A stretch of 55,712 bases of DNA from an uncultured Gammaproteobacteria bacterium. GTDB taxonomy: Bacteria > Patescibacteriota > Microgenomatia > UBA10105 > UBA927. The DNA is taken from the NCBI GenBank assembly GCA_964361785.1, contig CAYIBX010000004.1:1-55712 (forward strand), given 5' to 3'. How positions within the stretch are numbered: position 1 is the stretch's first letter; every line of letters begins with the position of its first letter. The notes below the pieces were generated by a model that saw nothing but the letters and a program-made list of their open reading frames with translations, searched no databases and was not told the DNA's origin. This document shows positions 46,176 through 55,701 of the stretch, one piece after another. The translations under genes were made by a program, and so were the position numbers.

Positions 46176-47108
46176 ATGGCGCGTATAACGCTTACAGAGT
46201 TTGTAGCAAAAAATAATAGCGAGTTGGGTGCACCGTTTCAAGAGCTTATGGCGGTCATTGAAACTGTAGCACAGAAAATTCATGCCAAGCTTGATCGGAA
46301 CGGCTTGATTGAAGAATCGGGAGACTCAGGAAGTACGAATGTATATGGAGAAGAAGTGCAGAAACTGGATGAATATGCCAACGCAATACTCACCGATTCG
46401 CTTCTTGTCTGTACTGCAGTGCACGCAGTGGGGTCTGAAGAACTGTCAGATCCAAAGTTTTCGACCCATGAGAAGGGATCCTATATCGTCACCCATGATC
46501 CTGTGGATGGGTCATCAAATATTGATACAAATTTACCCATTGGGACAATTTTTGGTGTATATCCTAAAAATGAAACAGTACTGCAAAAAGGCTCTACGCT
46601 TATAGTTTCTGGCTATGTATTGTATGGCCCAAGCATGATGCTTGTGTATGCCACAAAAGGACACGTAAATGGATTTACCTTTGATCCGAGTATTGGCGCA
46701 TTTGTACTAAGCTATCCTGATATAGAAATTGGGGACAAAAAGTATTATGGCATCAATGAAGGTAATTGGGAATTATTTTCTGAGGGAGACCGCGCGTATT
46801 TATCGAGTATTAAAAAGGAAGGCGGATATTCGTTGCGATACGTGGGATCAATGGTTGGAGATATTCATCGTACTTTGTTAAAGGGTGGTATATTTATCTA
46901 TCCTTCGGATTCTAAACATCCGAATGGAAAATTGCGGTTATTATATGAAGTTGCACCGTTATCATTTCTCATAATCCAAGCTGGCGGGGATGCGATAAGT
47001 GACAAGACTAACCCGCTTGATCTCTTACCAGAAAAGCACGATCAGCGCGTGGCAATTGCGTTAGGATCAAAAAGTGAGATAAAGAAATATCTTTCATTTC
47101 AAATATAA
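46176..47108 (+). CDS. fbp: class 1 fructose-1,6-bisphosphatase
   Basis: NVYGEEVQKLDEYAN, DPVDGSSNID, YGPSMMLV, LRYVGSMVGDIHRTLLKGGIFIYP, and GKLRLLYEVAPLSFLIIQAGG. Confidence 0.9.
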   Translation: MARITLTEFVAKNNSELGAPFQELMAVIETVAQKIHAKLDRNGLIEESGDSGSTNVYGEEVQKLDEYANAILTDSLLVCTAVHAVGSEELSDPKFSTHEKGSYIVTHDPVDGSSNIDTNLPIGTIFGVYPKNETVLQKGSTLIVSGYVLYGPSMMLVYATKGHVNGFTFDPSIGAFVLSYPDIEIGDKKYYGINEGNWELFSEGDRAYLSSIKKEGGYSLRYVGSMVGDIHRTLLKGGIFIYPSDSKHPNGKLRLLYEVAPLSFLIIQAGGDAISDKTNPLDLLPEKHDQRVAIALGSKSEIKKYLSFQI

Positions 47109-47136
47109 TCTTCACAATTTCTTCATCAATGTGCTG

Positions 47137-47142
47137 TATAAT
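47137..47142 (+). promoter_or_regulatory. -10 box TATAAT placed 6 nt before the response-regulator ATG
   Basis: ctgTATAATgcctgcATG. Confidence 0.35.
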
Positions 47143-47148
47143 GCCTGC

Positions 47149-47823
47149 ATGAGAGTGTTATTGGTGGAGGATGAGCTGCGTTTATCAAGAGTTATAAAAA
47201 AGGGTCTTGTAGAAGACGGGTTTGCCGTAGATACAGCGTTTGATGGAGAGGAAGGTCTTTTTTTAGCAGAGTCGGAAACCTATGATGTCATAATTTTAGA
47301 TATTATGCTTCCCAAACTTGACGGATTGCAAGTGTGTCAAAGATTGAGAGCCAAAAAAATAAAAACTCCGATACTTATCTTGACTGCAAAAACGACTCTT
47401 GAAGACAAAGTATCAGGATTTGAGAGTGGGGCGGATGACTATGTTACCAAGCCGTTTGCGTTTATAGAACTTCGATCGAGAATTCATGCACTTGTCCGAA
47501 GAAGCGTCGGAGAAGCCACATCGACACTTGCTCTCAAAGATCTCGTGGTCGATTCAATAAAGCACGCAGTGTCACGATCGGGATTACCAATTAGCCTCAC
47601 CCCCAAAGAATTTTCTATTTTAGAATTACTACTGCGGCATAAAGATGAGGTGGTGACTCGCACGATGATAACAGAGCATGTGTGGGATTATAATTTTGAA
47701 GGAATGAGCAACATTGTCGATGTGTTTGTGGCAAGCCTGAGAAGAAAGGTTGATAAAAAATCGCCGTATAAATTACTCCACACGATACACGGTGTAGGAT
47801 ATAAAATAAGTGAGACACCATGA
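47149..47823 (+). CDS. OmpR-family response regulator, heavy-metal (CusR/CopR-like) type
   Basis: MRVLLVEDE, YDVIILDIMLPKLDG (phospho-Asp), LILTAK, GADDYVTKPFAFIELRSRIHALVRR, and winged helix LTPKEFSILELL…VDVFVASLRRKVD…IHTIHGVGY. Confidence 0.9.
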   Translation: MRVLLVEDELRLSRVIKKGLVEDGFAVDTAFDGEEGLFLAESETYDVIILDIMLPKLDGLQVCQRLRAKKIKTPILILTAKTTLEDKVSGFESGADDYVTKPFAFIELRSRIHALVRRSVGEATSTLALKDLVVDSIKHAVSRSGLPISLTPKEFSILELLLRHKDEVVTRTMITEHVWDYNFEGMSNIVDVFVASLRRKVDKKSPYKLLHTIHGVGYKISETP

Positions 47824-49223
47824 ATACAAAAAGCGTCCGCTTTCGTTTAACTGCCCTCTATAGTAGTACTCTCATATTCTCATTGGTTATTTTATTTGCA
47901 AGTTTCTATTGGGTGACCAAACGGGAGCTTTATAATCACACCGACGTCGCACTTCGGTCCCACGGCAATCGGCTCATAAATATATTAACGCAGGAAAAGT
48001 TACTTATTGATACGCAAATGTCATCGCAACTATTAACAGAGGCATTTAATGAAACACCCGGGATGTTGGCATTTGTTACGGATAATCAAGGAAGCGTTCT
48101 GACTATTTCTCAACGGACAAATAATGTTGATGACGTAGCTGCAGCGCTATTTGCTAAGGCAAAGTCATTTAAGGATCCGTTATTTGTCAACCAATCTGTG
48201 GGATCTGTCGGCATGCGCTTTATACTCATTCCGATTATTGTCAATGAGTCGCTTCTTGATGTCATTATAATAGGACACCCTATCGATGTCATAGATAATT
48301 CATTGGTGTCTTTATATGGAAGTCTGATAGTAGTTTTTTTGTCGTTTGTGATTCCCACGGTATTTGGTGGATATGTATTGGCCGGGAGCGCTCTTTTACC
48401 CGTAGGGGAAATCAGTAAAGAAATGGCTGAAATTAGTTCGGAAAACTTGAAACGTCGCGTGAAAGCTCCTCACACAGAGGATGAAATAGAAGAGTTAGCT
48501 CATACATTTAATGGTTTACTGGATCGGATAGAACATGCATTTACACGAGAGAGACAGTTTATTGGCGATATTGCCCACGAGTTAAAAACGCCCCTTGCGA
48601 CATTAAAGAGCGGCATAGACGTCGCCATTTTAAAGAATCGGTCTCAATCGGAGTATAAAAAGGTGCTTGACGAACTTTTGATTGATGCAAATCGGTTATC
48701 CGCTACTCTTACGCATATATTGGATTTGGCATGGGGTAAGGTAGATACATACGAAACCATAAAAGATTCTGTGAATATATCAGAGGTAACAAGAGAGGTA
48801 GTGGAAATTGCTCAAAAGTTGTCTTACGGAAAAGATATTGTAATTGCCTCACATATCGAAGATGGGCTCATGATTCGGGGAAAGAAAGACAAAATATTTC
48901 GTGCAATCGTAAATATTGTGGATAATTCCATTAAGTTTAGTAAAGAAAAAGATACTATTACCATTTCGCTTCGTAAAAAATCTAAGCAGGTAGTATTGGG
49001 GGTTAAAGATACTGGTAGGGGAATTGCAAAAGAAGATTTTCCGCACGTATTTGATCGCTTTTATCGTGGATCTAAAACAGATAAAACCATAGGATCTGGT
49101 TTAGGATTGTCCATAGCAAAAGCGGTTATTACTTCATGTGGAGGTACGATTTATATAAAAAGTACTACCGGCAAAGGAACATTTGTGACCATTGTTTTTC
49201 CTCAGGATATCACTACTTCATAA
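47820..49223 (+). CDS. sensor histidine kinase, heavy-metal sensor (CusS/CopS-like) architecture
   Basis: Two TMs flank a loop of about 130 aa. HAMP domain, H box FIGDIAHELKTPLA, N box VDNSIKFS, G boxes DTGRGI and GSGLGLSI. ATGA overlap with the response regulator. Confidence 0.9.
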   Translation: MNTKSVRFRLTALYSSTLIFSLVILFASFYWVTKRELYNHTDVALRSHGNRLINILTQEKLLIDTQMSSQLLTEAFNETPGMLAFVTDNQGSVLTISQRTNNVDDVAAALFAKAKSFKDPLFVNQSVGSVGMRFILIPIIVNESLLDVIIIGHPIDVIDNSLVSLYGSLIVVFLSFVIPTVFGGYVLAGSALLPVGEISKEMAEISSENLKRRVKAPHTEDEIEELAHTFNGLLDRIEHAFTRERQFIGDIAHELKTPLATLKSGIDVAILKNRSQSEYKKVLDELLIDANRLSATLTHILDLAWGKVDTYETIKDSVNISEVTREVVEIAQKLSYGKDIVIASHIEDGLMIRGKKDKIFRAIVNIVDNSIKFSKEKDTITISLRKKSKQVVLGVKDTGRGIAKEDFPHVFDRFYRGSKTDKTIGSGLGLSIAKAVITSCGGTIYIKSTTGKGTFVTIVFPQDITTS

Positions 49224-49228
49224 TTGCT

Positions 49229-49245
49229 TTTCATTATTAATGAAA
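49229..49245. promoter_or_regulatory. inverted repeat TTTCATTA-T-TAATGAAA upstream of the metal operon (candidate response-regulator operator)
   Basis: 8-bp perfect arms centred about 39 nt upstream of the ATG at 49276. TTCAT(A/T)(A/T)TT also occurs three times in direct orientation (49217, 49230, 49248). Confidence 0.3.
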
Positions 49246-49263
49246 TCTTCATATTTACATTGA

Positions 49264-49269
49264 TACTAT
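49264..49269 (+). promoter_or_regulatory. -10-like TACTAT placed 6 nt before the ATG at 49276
   Basis: gaTACTATtgaatcATG. Confidence 0.3.
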
Positions 49270-49275
49270 TGAATC

Positions 49276-51069
49276 ATGAATACTTCATGGAAGAAAACAA
49301 CAATTCCTGTCAAAGGCATGCATTGTAGATCATGTGAAATCCTTATTGAAGACGAATTGTCTCACGTACTAGGTGTTTGCAAAGTAGAAGTCAGTGAGAA
49401 TAAAGGTATAGCCGAAGTATATTATGAAACGGATTTGGGGGTGGAACAAATAGAACAAGCGATACATAAAGCCGGATATGAAGTGGGTTTTAATGACAAA
49501 AAGCCCTGGCTATCGAAAAATATCGGGGATTATGCGGATGTATTTTATGCAGGAGTTGCATTGTTTTTTCTCTATGTTTTGGTTTCTATCCTTGGATTGA
49601 CGAAGCTTTTGGGTGTTGGTGGCGGCCATCCTACAAGCTTTGTCACTGTGCTTATTATCGGTTTGACCGCAGGATTTTCTACATGCATGGCGCTTATTGG
49701 CGGATTGGTTTTGGGCGCGGCTACTCGATACGCTCAAAACCACCCCAATGCGACAAACAAAGAGAGATTCACTCCGCATCTTTGGTTTACTGCAGGAAGA
49801 ATAGTATCCTACACCATTTTTGGCGGAATCATCGGCGGTATAGGATCATTTTTTCAATTCTCAGGGTTTGGTTTGGGTCTTTTAACACTGGCTGTCGCGC
49901 TGGTCATGCTCACACTTGGTACGCAGCTTACCGGTTTATTTCCGAGGCTTGAAGGGCTTAAAATGAGCTTACCCAAAGGAATTGCACGATTATTTGGTAT
50001 TAACAATCAAAAGGAGAGCGAGTATAGTCATAAAAATTCGTTTGTATTAGGAGCAAGTACATTTTTTCTTCCCTGCGGTTTTACTCAGGCCATGCAGCTT
50101 TATGCCATGAGCACCGGTAATGTATTTTCAGGTGCTATGATTATGGGGGTATTTGCAATCGGTACAGCACCGGGACTTTTAGGCATAGGCGGGCTCACCT
50201 CTGTTGTTCGCGGAGTTTTTGCCCAAAAATTCTTTAAATTTGCAGGCGTTGCGGTGATGGGGCTTTCACTTTTTAACATCAATAACGCGCTAAACCTGAT
50301 AGGGTGGAATCCTGTCAATGGATTAGGTTTGGGTAGCGCTGTTTTGGCAGCCGCTACAGAAAATATTGGCGTGCGAAAAGGAGATACGCAGATTGTACGT
50401 ATGACACAGGATGCCCGTGGATACTCACCAAATTCTTTTACGATTGAAAAAGGAGTACCGGTCAAATGGATTATCAACTCAACAGACGTGAATACGTGTG
50501 CTTCAAGTATCGTCTCGTCTCAAATTGGCGTACGGATAAATTTGCATCCTGGCGAAAACACTGTTGAGTTTACGCCAAAAACTTCAGGAACCATTAGTTT
50601 CTCCTGCATGATGGGTATGTATCGGGGCTCATTTACTGTTGTTGATAGCATAAATGCATTGGTCGCTCAACCATCCGCTGATTCTGTGGCAGATAACAAA
50701 GAAAGTGGGTCGTGTGGAGGTGGCGGATGTGGATGTGGCGGGACGAAAAAACCAGTTGTCGAACAGGTCGCCAATGATGCGCCAATCATCAAAAATGATG
50801 TGCAAATTATTAAGACAACATATACCCAAGACAAAGATATTTCACCCAATACGTTTATCGTAAACGCAGGCATACCAGTTCGGTTAGAGGTAGATGTGAA
50901 GGATTTTGGATCGGGATGTATGAGCACCATCATGGTGGCAGGTCAGACAGAATCGCAATTTTTGGAAAAAGGAAAAACGTTGCTACTCTCATTTACACCA
51001 AAATCTAAAGGCGAGTATCCGATTACTTGTGCCATGGGCGTTGCGAGAGGAAAGATTAAAGTTATTTAA
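49276..51069 (+). CDS. fusion protein: HMA metal-binding domain + DsbD_2/TauE-like polytopic permease + Cys/Gly-rich linker + two cupredoxin-like domains
   Basis: N-terminal GMHCRSCE HMA. About 6-7 TMs with intramembrane Cys (GFSTCMALIGG, FFLPCGFTQAM). Two beta-rich repeats end in FSCMMGMYRG and ITCAMGVARG, separated by SGSCGGGGCGCGG. Confidence 0.65.
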   Translation: MNTSWKKTTIPVKGMHCRSCEILIEDELSHVLGVCKVEVSENKGIAEVYYETDLGVEQIEQAIHKAGYEVGFNDKKPWLSKNIGDYADVFYAGVALFFLYVLVSILGLTKLLGVGGGHPTSFVTVLIIGLTAGFSTCMALIGGLVLGAATRYAQNHPNATNKERFTPHLWFTAGRIVSYTIFGGIIGGIGSFFQFSGFGLGLLTLAVALVMLTLGTQLTGLFPRLEGLKMSLPKGIARLFGINNQKESEYSHKNSFVLGASTFFLPCGFTQAMQLYAMSTGNVFSGAMIMGVFAIGTAPGLLGIGGLTSVVRGVFAQKFFKFAGVAVMGLSLFNINNALNLIGWNPVNGLGLGSAVLAAATENIGVRKGDTQIVRMTQDARGYSPNSFTIEKGVPVKWIINSTDVNTCASSIVSSQIGVRINLHPGENTVEFTPKTSGTISFSCMMGMYRGSFTVVDSINALVAQPSADSVADNKESGSCGGGGCGCGGTKKPVVEQVANDAPIIKNDVQIIKTTYTQDKDISPNTFIVNAGIPVRLEVDVKDFGSGCMSTIMVAGQTESQFLEKGKTLLLSFTPKSKGEYPITCAMGVARGKIKVI

Positions 51070-51080
51070 AGGAGAATTAT

Positions 51081-51293
51081 ATGAATGAACAAACAATCAT
51101 AATATCCGGTATGACCTGTGGAGCGTGCATCAATCTCGTTACAAAAATACTTTCTCGGATGAAGGGTATACGTAGTGTTCTTTCCGTTGAAAAAGGTTTA
51201 GCCAAAGTTTCAGTCGATACTCACTATTCAAAAGAGGCGTTTGCTCACGTGTTTACAGGGACGCCATATACGGTAGAAAGTATTACTTTATGA
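51081..51293 (+). CDS. copZ: copper chaperone CopZ (single HMA domain)
   Basis: 70 aa with [15 protein letters not shown]. Confidence 0.85.
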   Translation: MNEQTIIISGMTCGACINLVTKILSRMKGIRSVLSVEKGLAKVSVDTHYSKEAFAHVFTGTPYTVESITL

Positions 51294-54040
51294 ATAATAA
51301 TTTAGTATTAGACGTGAGCGGGATGCATTGTCAATCGTGCGAAATGCTTATAACGGAAGAACTTAAAGGTTTGCAAGGAGTGAGTGATATCTTAGTGAGT
51401 CAAAAAGATGGCTCCGCCCTGATGCGCATGGATCCGAAATTAGTCACCGTTTCGGAGATTGTGGACGCCGTTAAACGCGCAGGATATGAGGGAAAAGTGA
51501 AATCAAATGGTGAATCATTGCCCTCCCATGGAAAGCCAATTAAAATTACTATCGAAACAACCACAGATGCCTTTCCTACTTCGGATTTATTATCATTATT
51601 GACGATAAAAAATAATTCTCAAATACCTGTTGCTACCTATACAGCTCATGCGACGCGTATGACTAAATCTTCTCAGCTACAATCATCGACGAAACGAATG
51701 AAACTGGATATTTCCGGTATGCACTGTTCTTCATGTGCCGGGCTCATTGAAAGGTCTTTAAAAAAAGTACAGGGTGTTTCTGCAGCAAATGTTAATTTCG
51801 CAGCAGAAAAAGCGAGCGTCATTTTCGATGAAAATACTGCCTCATCCTCGGATTTAGTGGCAGCAGTTCAAAAAGCAGGATATAAAGCCACGATTATAAA
51901 AGAAGGTTCGTCAGTAGATGATACAGCCAAACGGACCGCCGAAATCAGTCATCTGTTTCATTTGTTTATCCGTAGTTTTATTCTTAGCGTGCCGATGCTG
52001 TACTTTATGCTTTTTGATTTTTTCCCACGTATTGCCGGTAAGGCTTTTCTATTCCCGTATATTGGTGTTATTTCACTCGTTCTTTCCACTCCCGTGCAGG
52101 TTTTTATGGGAGCGGGATTTTATAAGGGCATGTGGTCTGCGCTTCGGATGAAAACGTTTAATATGGATAGCTTGATAGCAATTGGAACATCGACTGCGTA
52201 TTTTTATAGTGTTATTAACTTCATTACCTATTATGCACAAAATAGGTCATATATTGGACTTTTTGGTCAAAAAATTCCGGAGTTATATTTTGAAACTGCT
52301 GCGTTTCTTATCACATTCGTGCTCCTTGGCAAATGGCTTGAAAAGCGAGCCAAAGGACAGACTTCTGATGCAATTTTAAAACTCATGGGACTGCAGGCCA
52401 AAACTGCGCGTGTCATCCGAAATGGAGACACAAGCGACATTCCTATTGATCAAGTTGTCGCAGGGGACATTATTCTCATTCGACCTGGTGAGAAAGTTGC
52501 TGTTGACGGAAAAATTATAAAAGGATCATCGTCAGTAGATGAATCCATGATAACCGGTGAAAGTTTACCGGTAGAAAAAAACGTAGGTGATACGGTTGTG
52601 GGTGCGACAATGAATAAAACAGGCAGTTTTGAATTCATCGCTACGAGAGTTGGGAACGAAACAACATTAGCACAAATCATACGATTAATTGAGGAAGCCC
52701 AAGGATCCAAAGCACCGATACAGGCGTTTGCAGATAAAATTTCTGCGTATTTTGTTCCAATAGTTATTGGAATCGCCATACTTACATTCGTCATTTGGTA
52801 TTTCTTTTTAGGTGCGTCACTGGCGTTTGCGCTTATGGCGTTTACCGCGGTCATTGTCATTGCCTGTCCGTGTGCATTGGGTCTGGCAACTCCGACAGCG
52901 CTTATGGTGGGCACTGGTAAAGGCGCACAACACGGGATACTTATAAAAGGCGGCGAGCCACTTGAGGCAGCATGTAAAGTGGGGGCCGTTGTGTTTGACA
53001 AAACAGGGACTCTCACTAAAGGCAAGCCTGAAGTGACAGATACAGTATCGTTTGGACAACTGGACGAGGATGATGTGTTGACTCTATCTGCCAGTTTGGA
53101 AAAATCATCGGAACATCCGCTTGCTGAGGCTATTTACGAATATGCCAAAGAAGAACAAATCCCTTTTAAGGATGTTACTGATTTCAAAGCTATTCCGGGA
53201 AAGGGCGTCACGGGGGTGATTGATGATACGACATATTACTTCGGTAACCGAAAGCTTATCGATGATGTGTCGGGCCTTACTATTTCTTCGTATGAACGAA
53301 AATTAGTGCGTCTAGAAGAACAAGGTAAAACTGCTATGATATTGGCCCAATCAGATAAAATTTTGGGCATTGTGGCTGTCGCTGACACAGTAAAAGAAAC
53401 ATCGAAAGAAGCGGTGGCGTCGCTTATCAAACGTGGTATTGCAGTTTACATGATAACCGGTGATAACCAGAGGACAGCAAATGCAATTGCCGCACAGGTT
53501 GGTATAACAAACGTACTAGCAGAAGTGTTGCCGCAGGATAAAGCAAATGAAGTGAAAAAGATTCAACAAACGGGCGTGAAGGTTGCTATGGTAGGCGATG
53601 GCATAAACGACGCACCTGCTTTGGCTCAGGCAGACGTAGGGATTTCGATGGGCAATGGTACTGACGTTGCTATGGAAGCCGGAGGCATTGTCATTATCAA
53701 AAATGATCTTGCCGATGTCGTAACCGCGTTTGATTTATCCCGTGAAACGATGACAAAGATTAAGCAAAATATGTTTTTTGCACTTTTTTATAATGTTATC
53801 GGAATTCCTATCGCGGCCCGTGTGTTTATGGGTATAGGTTTAGTGCTTCGACCTGAGCTTGCAGGACTTGCGATGGCTCTGTCTTCTGTATCTGTCGTGT
53901 CCAATTCATTGCTGTTGCGGTATTTTAACCCAGGGAAGCGTAATTGGCTCTCTCAAGCTGCTCCGGTTGTCATGACCCTGGTATTTTTCTTTGTCTTTGT
54001 ACAATTTGGTCGGTTAAGTTCTGCCATGGCTACGAAGTGA
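51290..54040 (+). CDS. copA: copper-translocating P1B-type ATPase with two N-terminal HMA domains
   Basis: GMHCQSCE and [15 protein letters not shown] ([12 protein letters not shown]), DKTGTLT, ITGDN and [20 protein letters not shown]. Confidence 0.95.
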   Translation: MNNNLVLDVSGMHCQSCEMLITEELKGLQGVSDILVSQKDGSALMRMDPKLVTVSEIVDAVKRAGYEGKVKSNGESLPSHGKPIKITIETTTDAFPTSDLLSLLTIKNNSQIPVATYTAHATRMTKSSQLQSSTKRMKLDISGMHCSSCAGLIERSLKKVQGVSAANVNFAAEKASVIFDENTASSSDLVAAVQKAGYKATIIKEGSSVDDTAKRTAEISHLFHLFIRSFILSVPMLYFMLFDFFPRIAGKAFLFPYIGVISLVLSTPVQVFMGAGFYKGMWSALRMKTFNMDSLIAIGTSTAYFYSVINFITYYAQNRSYIGLFGQKIPELYFETAAFLITFVLLGKWLEKRAKGQTSDAILKLMGLQAKTARVIRNGDTSDIPIDQVVAGDIILIRPGEKVAVDGKIIKGSSSVDESMITGESLPVEKNVGDTVVGATMNKTGSFEFIATRVGNETTLAQIIRLIEEAQGSKAPIQAFADKISAYFVPIVIGIAILTFVIWYFFLGASLAFALMAFTAVIVIACPCALGLATPTALMVGTGKGAQHGILIKGGEPLEAACKVGAVVFDKTGTLTKGKPEVTDTVSFGQLDEDDVLTLSASLEKSSEHPLAEAIYEYAKEEQIPFKDVTDFKAIPGKGVTGVIDDTTYYFGNRKLIDDVSGLTISSYERKLVRLEEQGKTAMILAQSDKILGIVAVADTVKETSKEAVASLIKRGIAVYMITGDNQRTANAIAAQVGITNVLAEVLPQDKANEVKKIQQTGVKVAMVGDGINDAPALAQADVGISMGNGTDVAMEAGGIVIIKNDLADVVTAFDLSRETMTKIKQNMFFALFYNVIGIPIAARVFMGIGLVLRPELAGLAMALSSVSVVSNSLLLRYFNPGKRNWLSQAAPVVMTLVFFFVFVQFGRLSSAMATK

Positions 54041-54051
54041 AAGGAAGGTTT

Positions 54052-54582
54052 ATGAAACACAAACAGACAGAAGGTACTGATAAAACGATACTTTGGCATA
54101 TCGTCGGATTAACCGTGTTTATTTTAGTGCTTATTGGATTTGTGGCCATTGGGGAAAAGAAAGAAGCCAAAAAGGTTGGTCAGGTTGTATCGTATCAAAT
54201 AAAAGATTCACAAAAGCCTGTAGCCTCATTTGAAACTGAAACCAAGGATTTGGGAAAAATGAAAGTCAATGATGAAAAGTCAGAAGACTTTGTTGTGCGA
54301 AATACCGGTACAAAGCCGTTGTCTCTTTACAATATCAACTCATCCTGTGGCTGTACCGTAGGCGTAGTTACGATTAACGGGCAAAAAAGTCCGGAAGGCG
54401 CCATGCATTTGAAAAATTCATGGATAGGAACAGTAAATCCCGAAGAATCAGCGATAGTTACGGTAATTTATCGGCCAAGCGTTATGCCTGTAAAGGGTGA
54501 TGTATCACGCTCCGTGTACGTAGATACGAATGATCCGGCAAATACAACCCTGACATTCAACGTTTCTGCATTTGTGAAATAA
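54052..54582 (+). CDS. membrane-anchored DUF1573-like (ASPM/SPD-2/Hydin-type Ig fold) protein with CGC motif
   Basis: One TM (ILWHIVGLTVFILVLIGFVAI), then FETETKDLGKMKVNDEKSEDFVVRNTGTKPLSLYNINSSCGCTVG. The ATG at 54052 has an AAGGAAGG SD. The track ORF extends upstream into copA. Confidence 0.65.
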   Translation: MKHKQTEGTDKTILWHIVGLTVFILVLIGFVAIGEKKEAKKVGQVVSYQIKDSQKPVASFETETKDLGKMKVNDEKSEDFVVRNTGTKPLSLYNINSSCGCTVGVVTINGQKSPEGAMHLKNSWIGTVNPEESAIVTVIYRPSVMPVKGDVSRSVYVDTNDPANTTLTFNVSAFVK

Positions 54583-54587
54583 TTTGT

Positions 54588-55403
54588 ATGAATAATCTTT
54601 TTTTTGGAGTTTCCTTAACGGCTGCATTTATCGGTGGCATGCTGGCACTGTTTGCTCCCTGTTGTATCACATTTCTTTTCCCGTCATATTTAGGAACGAT
54701 TTTTAAAGAAAAAAAACGAGTCGTGTTTCTGACCCTGATATTTGCCTTAGGATTAGGAACTATTCTTATACCGGTTGCCGTAGGATTTAGATTTATTGTG
54801 TCATTTTTTAATGATTTCCATACCTCGATATATCTTTTAGGAGCGTTGGTTATGTTTCTTATCGGGCTTATGACACTACTGGATATTAAAATTATGTTGC
54901 CGGTGCCACATCGTATTATGCCAAAAGCGGAAGATACAAATGTCGTCTCTACCTATATTCTCGGGGTATTCTCGGGGATTACGTCATCGTGCTGTGCTCC
55001 TGTACTTTTTGCAGCCATAACACTTTCAACTCTTTCTCTATCGCTGGCTGGTTCGCTTTTAGTTTCCATCGTCTATGTCATGGGTATCGTGTTTCCATTA
55101 TTTTTTCTTTCATTGTTTTATGAAAAAATGACAAATACATATTTGTATACGCTTAAAAAACGGGTAGAAAAACCTTTGAAATTTATTGCGTCAGGTATTT
55201 TTATACTTTCTGCCATCGTGATTTCGTTTATGGCTTTGACAAATCGTATTCAAATGGATTCCAGTATGGAATACGGAAAAGCGCTTCGAACGATCATCTA
55301 CGAGATCTCCTCCAATTTGCAATACCCGATAGTTGATGTAGTATTCGTCGCGGGAATTATAGTATTTATTGCTATCGCTATTAAACAAGCAAAGAAAAAG
55401 TAG
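54588..55403 (+). CDS. CcdA/DsbD-like polytopic membrane protein with two vicinal cysteine pairs
   Basis: About 6 TMs. LFAPCCITFLFPSYLG in TM1 and GITSSCCAPVLFAA in a later TM. Confidence 0.6.
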   Translation: MNNLFFGVSLTAAFIGGMLALFAPCCITFLFPSYLGTIFKEKKRVVFLTLIFALGLGTILIPVAVGFRFIVSFFNDFHTSIYLLGALVMFLIGLMTLLDIKIMLPVPHRIMPKAEDTNVVSTYILGVFSGITSSCCAPVLFAAITLSTLSLSLAGSLLVSIVYVMGIVFPLFFLSLFYEKMTNTYLYTLKKRVEKPLKFIASGIFILSAIVISFMALTNRIQMDSSMEYGKALRTIIYEISSNLQYPIVDVVFVAGIIVFIAIAIKQAKKK

Positions 55404-55434
55404 TATGCTCTCTATGAGAGGAGGTGAATAGAGT

Positions 55435-55701
55435 ATGAAACATAACCGTATGGCTACTGCAAATGCTGCAGGTGCGACCACTGGCGTAGTATTTATTGCC
55501 TGTCGATTGCTCGTCGGACTATTTCCTGATTTCATGTTTACTGCCGCTCAGTCATGGTTTCATGGCGTAGAATTGACGAGGCTCACAGCGTTCAATCTCA
55601 CGCCCGCGTCTTTTGTGTGGGGTTTGATTTCGTCGTCAGTATTCGCATGGATTGTAGGATATCTCTTTGCGTATTTTTATAACATGTTTGTGAAGAAATA
55701 A
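55435..55701 (+). CDS. small two-TM membrane protein (DUF5676-like, tentative)
   Basis: 88 aa with two hydrophobic helices. GGAGGTG SD. Last gene of the metal operon before the window ends. Confidence 0.5.
   Translation: MKHNRMATANAAGATTGVVFIACRLLVGLFPDFMFTAAQSWFHGVELTRLTAFNLTPASFVWGLISSSVFAWIVGYLFAYFYNMFVKK

Noticed and set aside
52450-53025. 191-aa minus-strand ORF inside copA. Similar long antisense ORFs occur at 4196-4687, 16011-16502, 16240-16680, 26479-26919, 29890-30336 and 41287-41763.
   Set aside because: All lie antisense to strongly conserved coding sequence (CopA, methyltransferase, PolX, DnaE, AtpF, P-ATPase). They have Ser/Pro/Ala- or Cys-rich low-complexity translations and are shadow ORFs.
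53944-54051. N-terminal extension of the DUF1573-like ORF ([13 protein letters not shown]…) with CxxC-like residues.
   Set aside because: This segment overlaps the 3' end of copA in another frame. A good AAGGAAGG Shine-Dalgarno precedes the internal ATG at 54052, which begins a normal charged-then-TM anchor.
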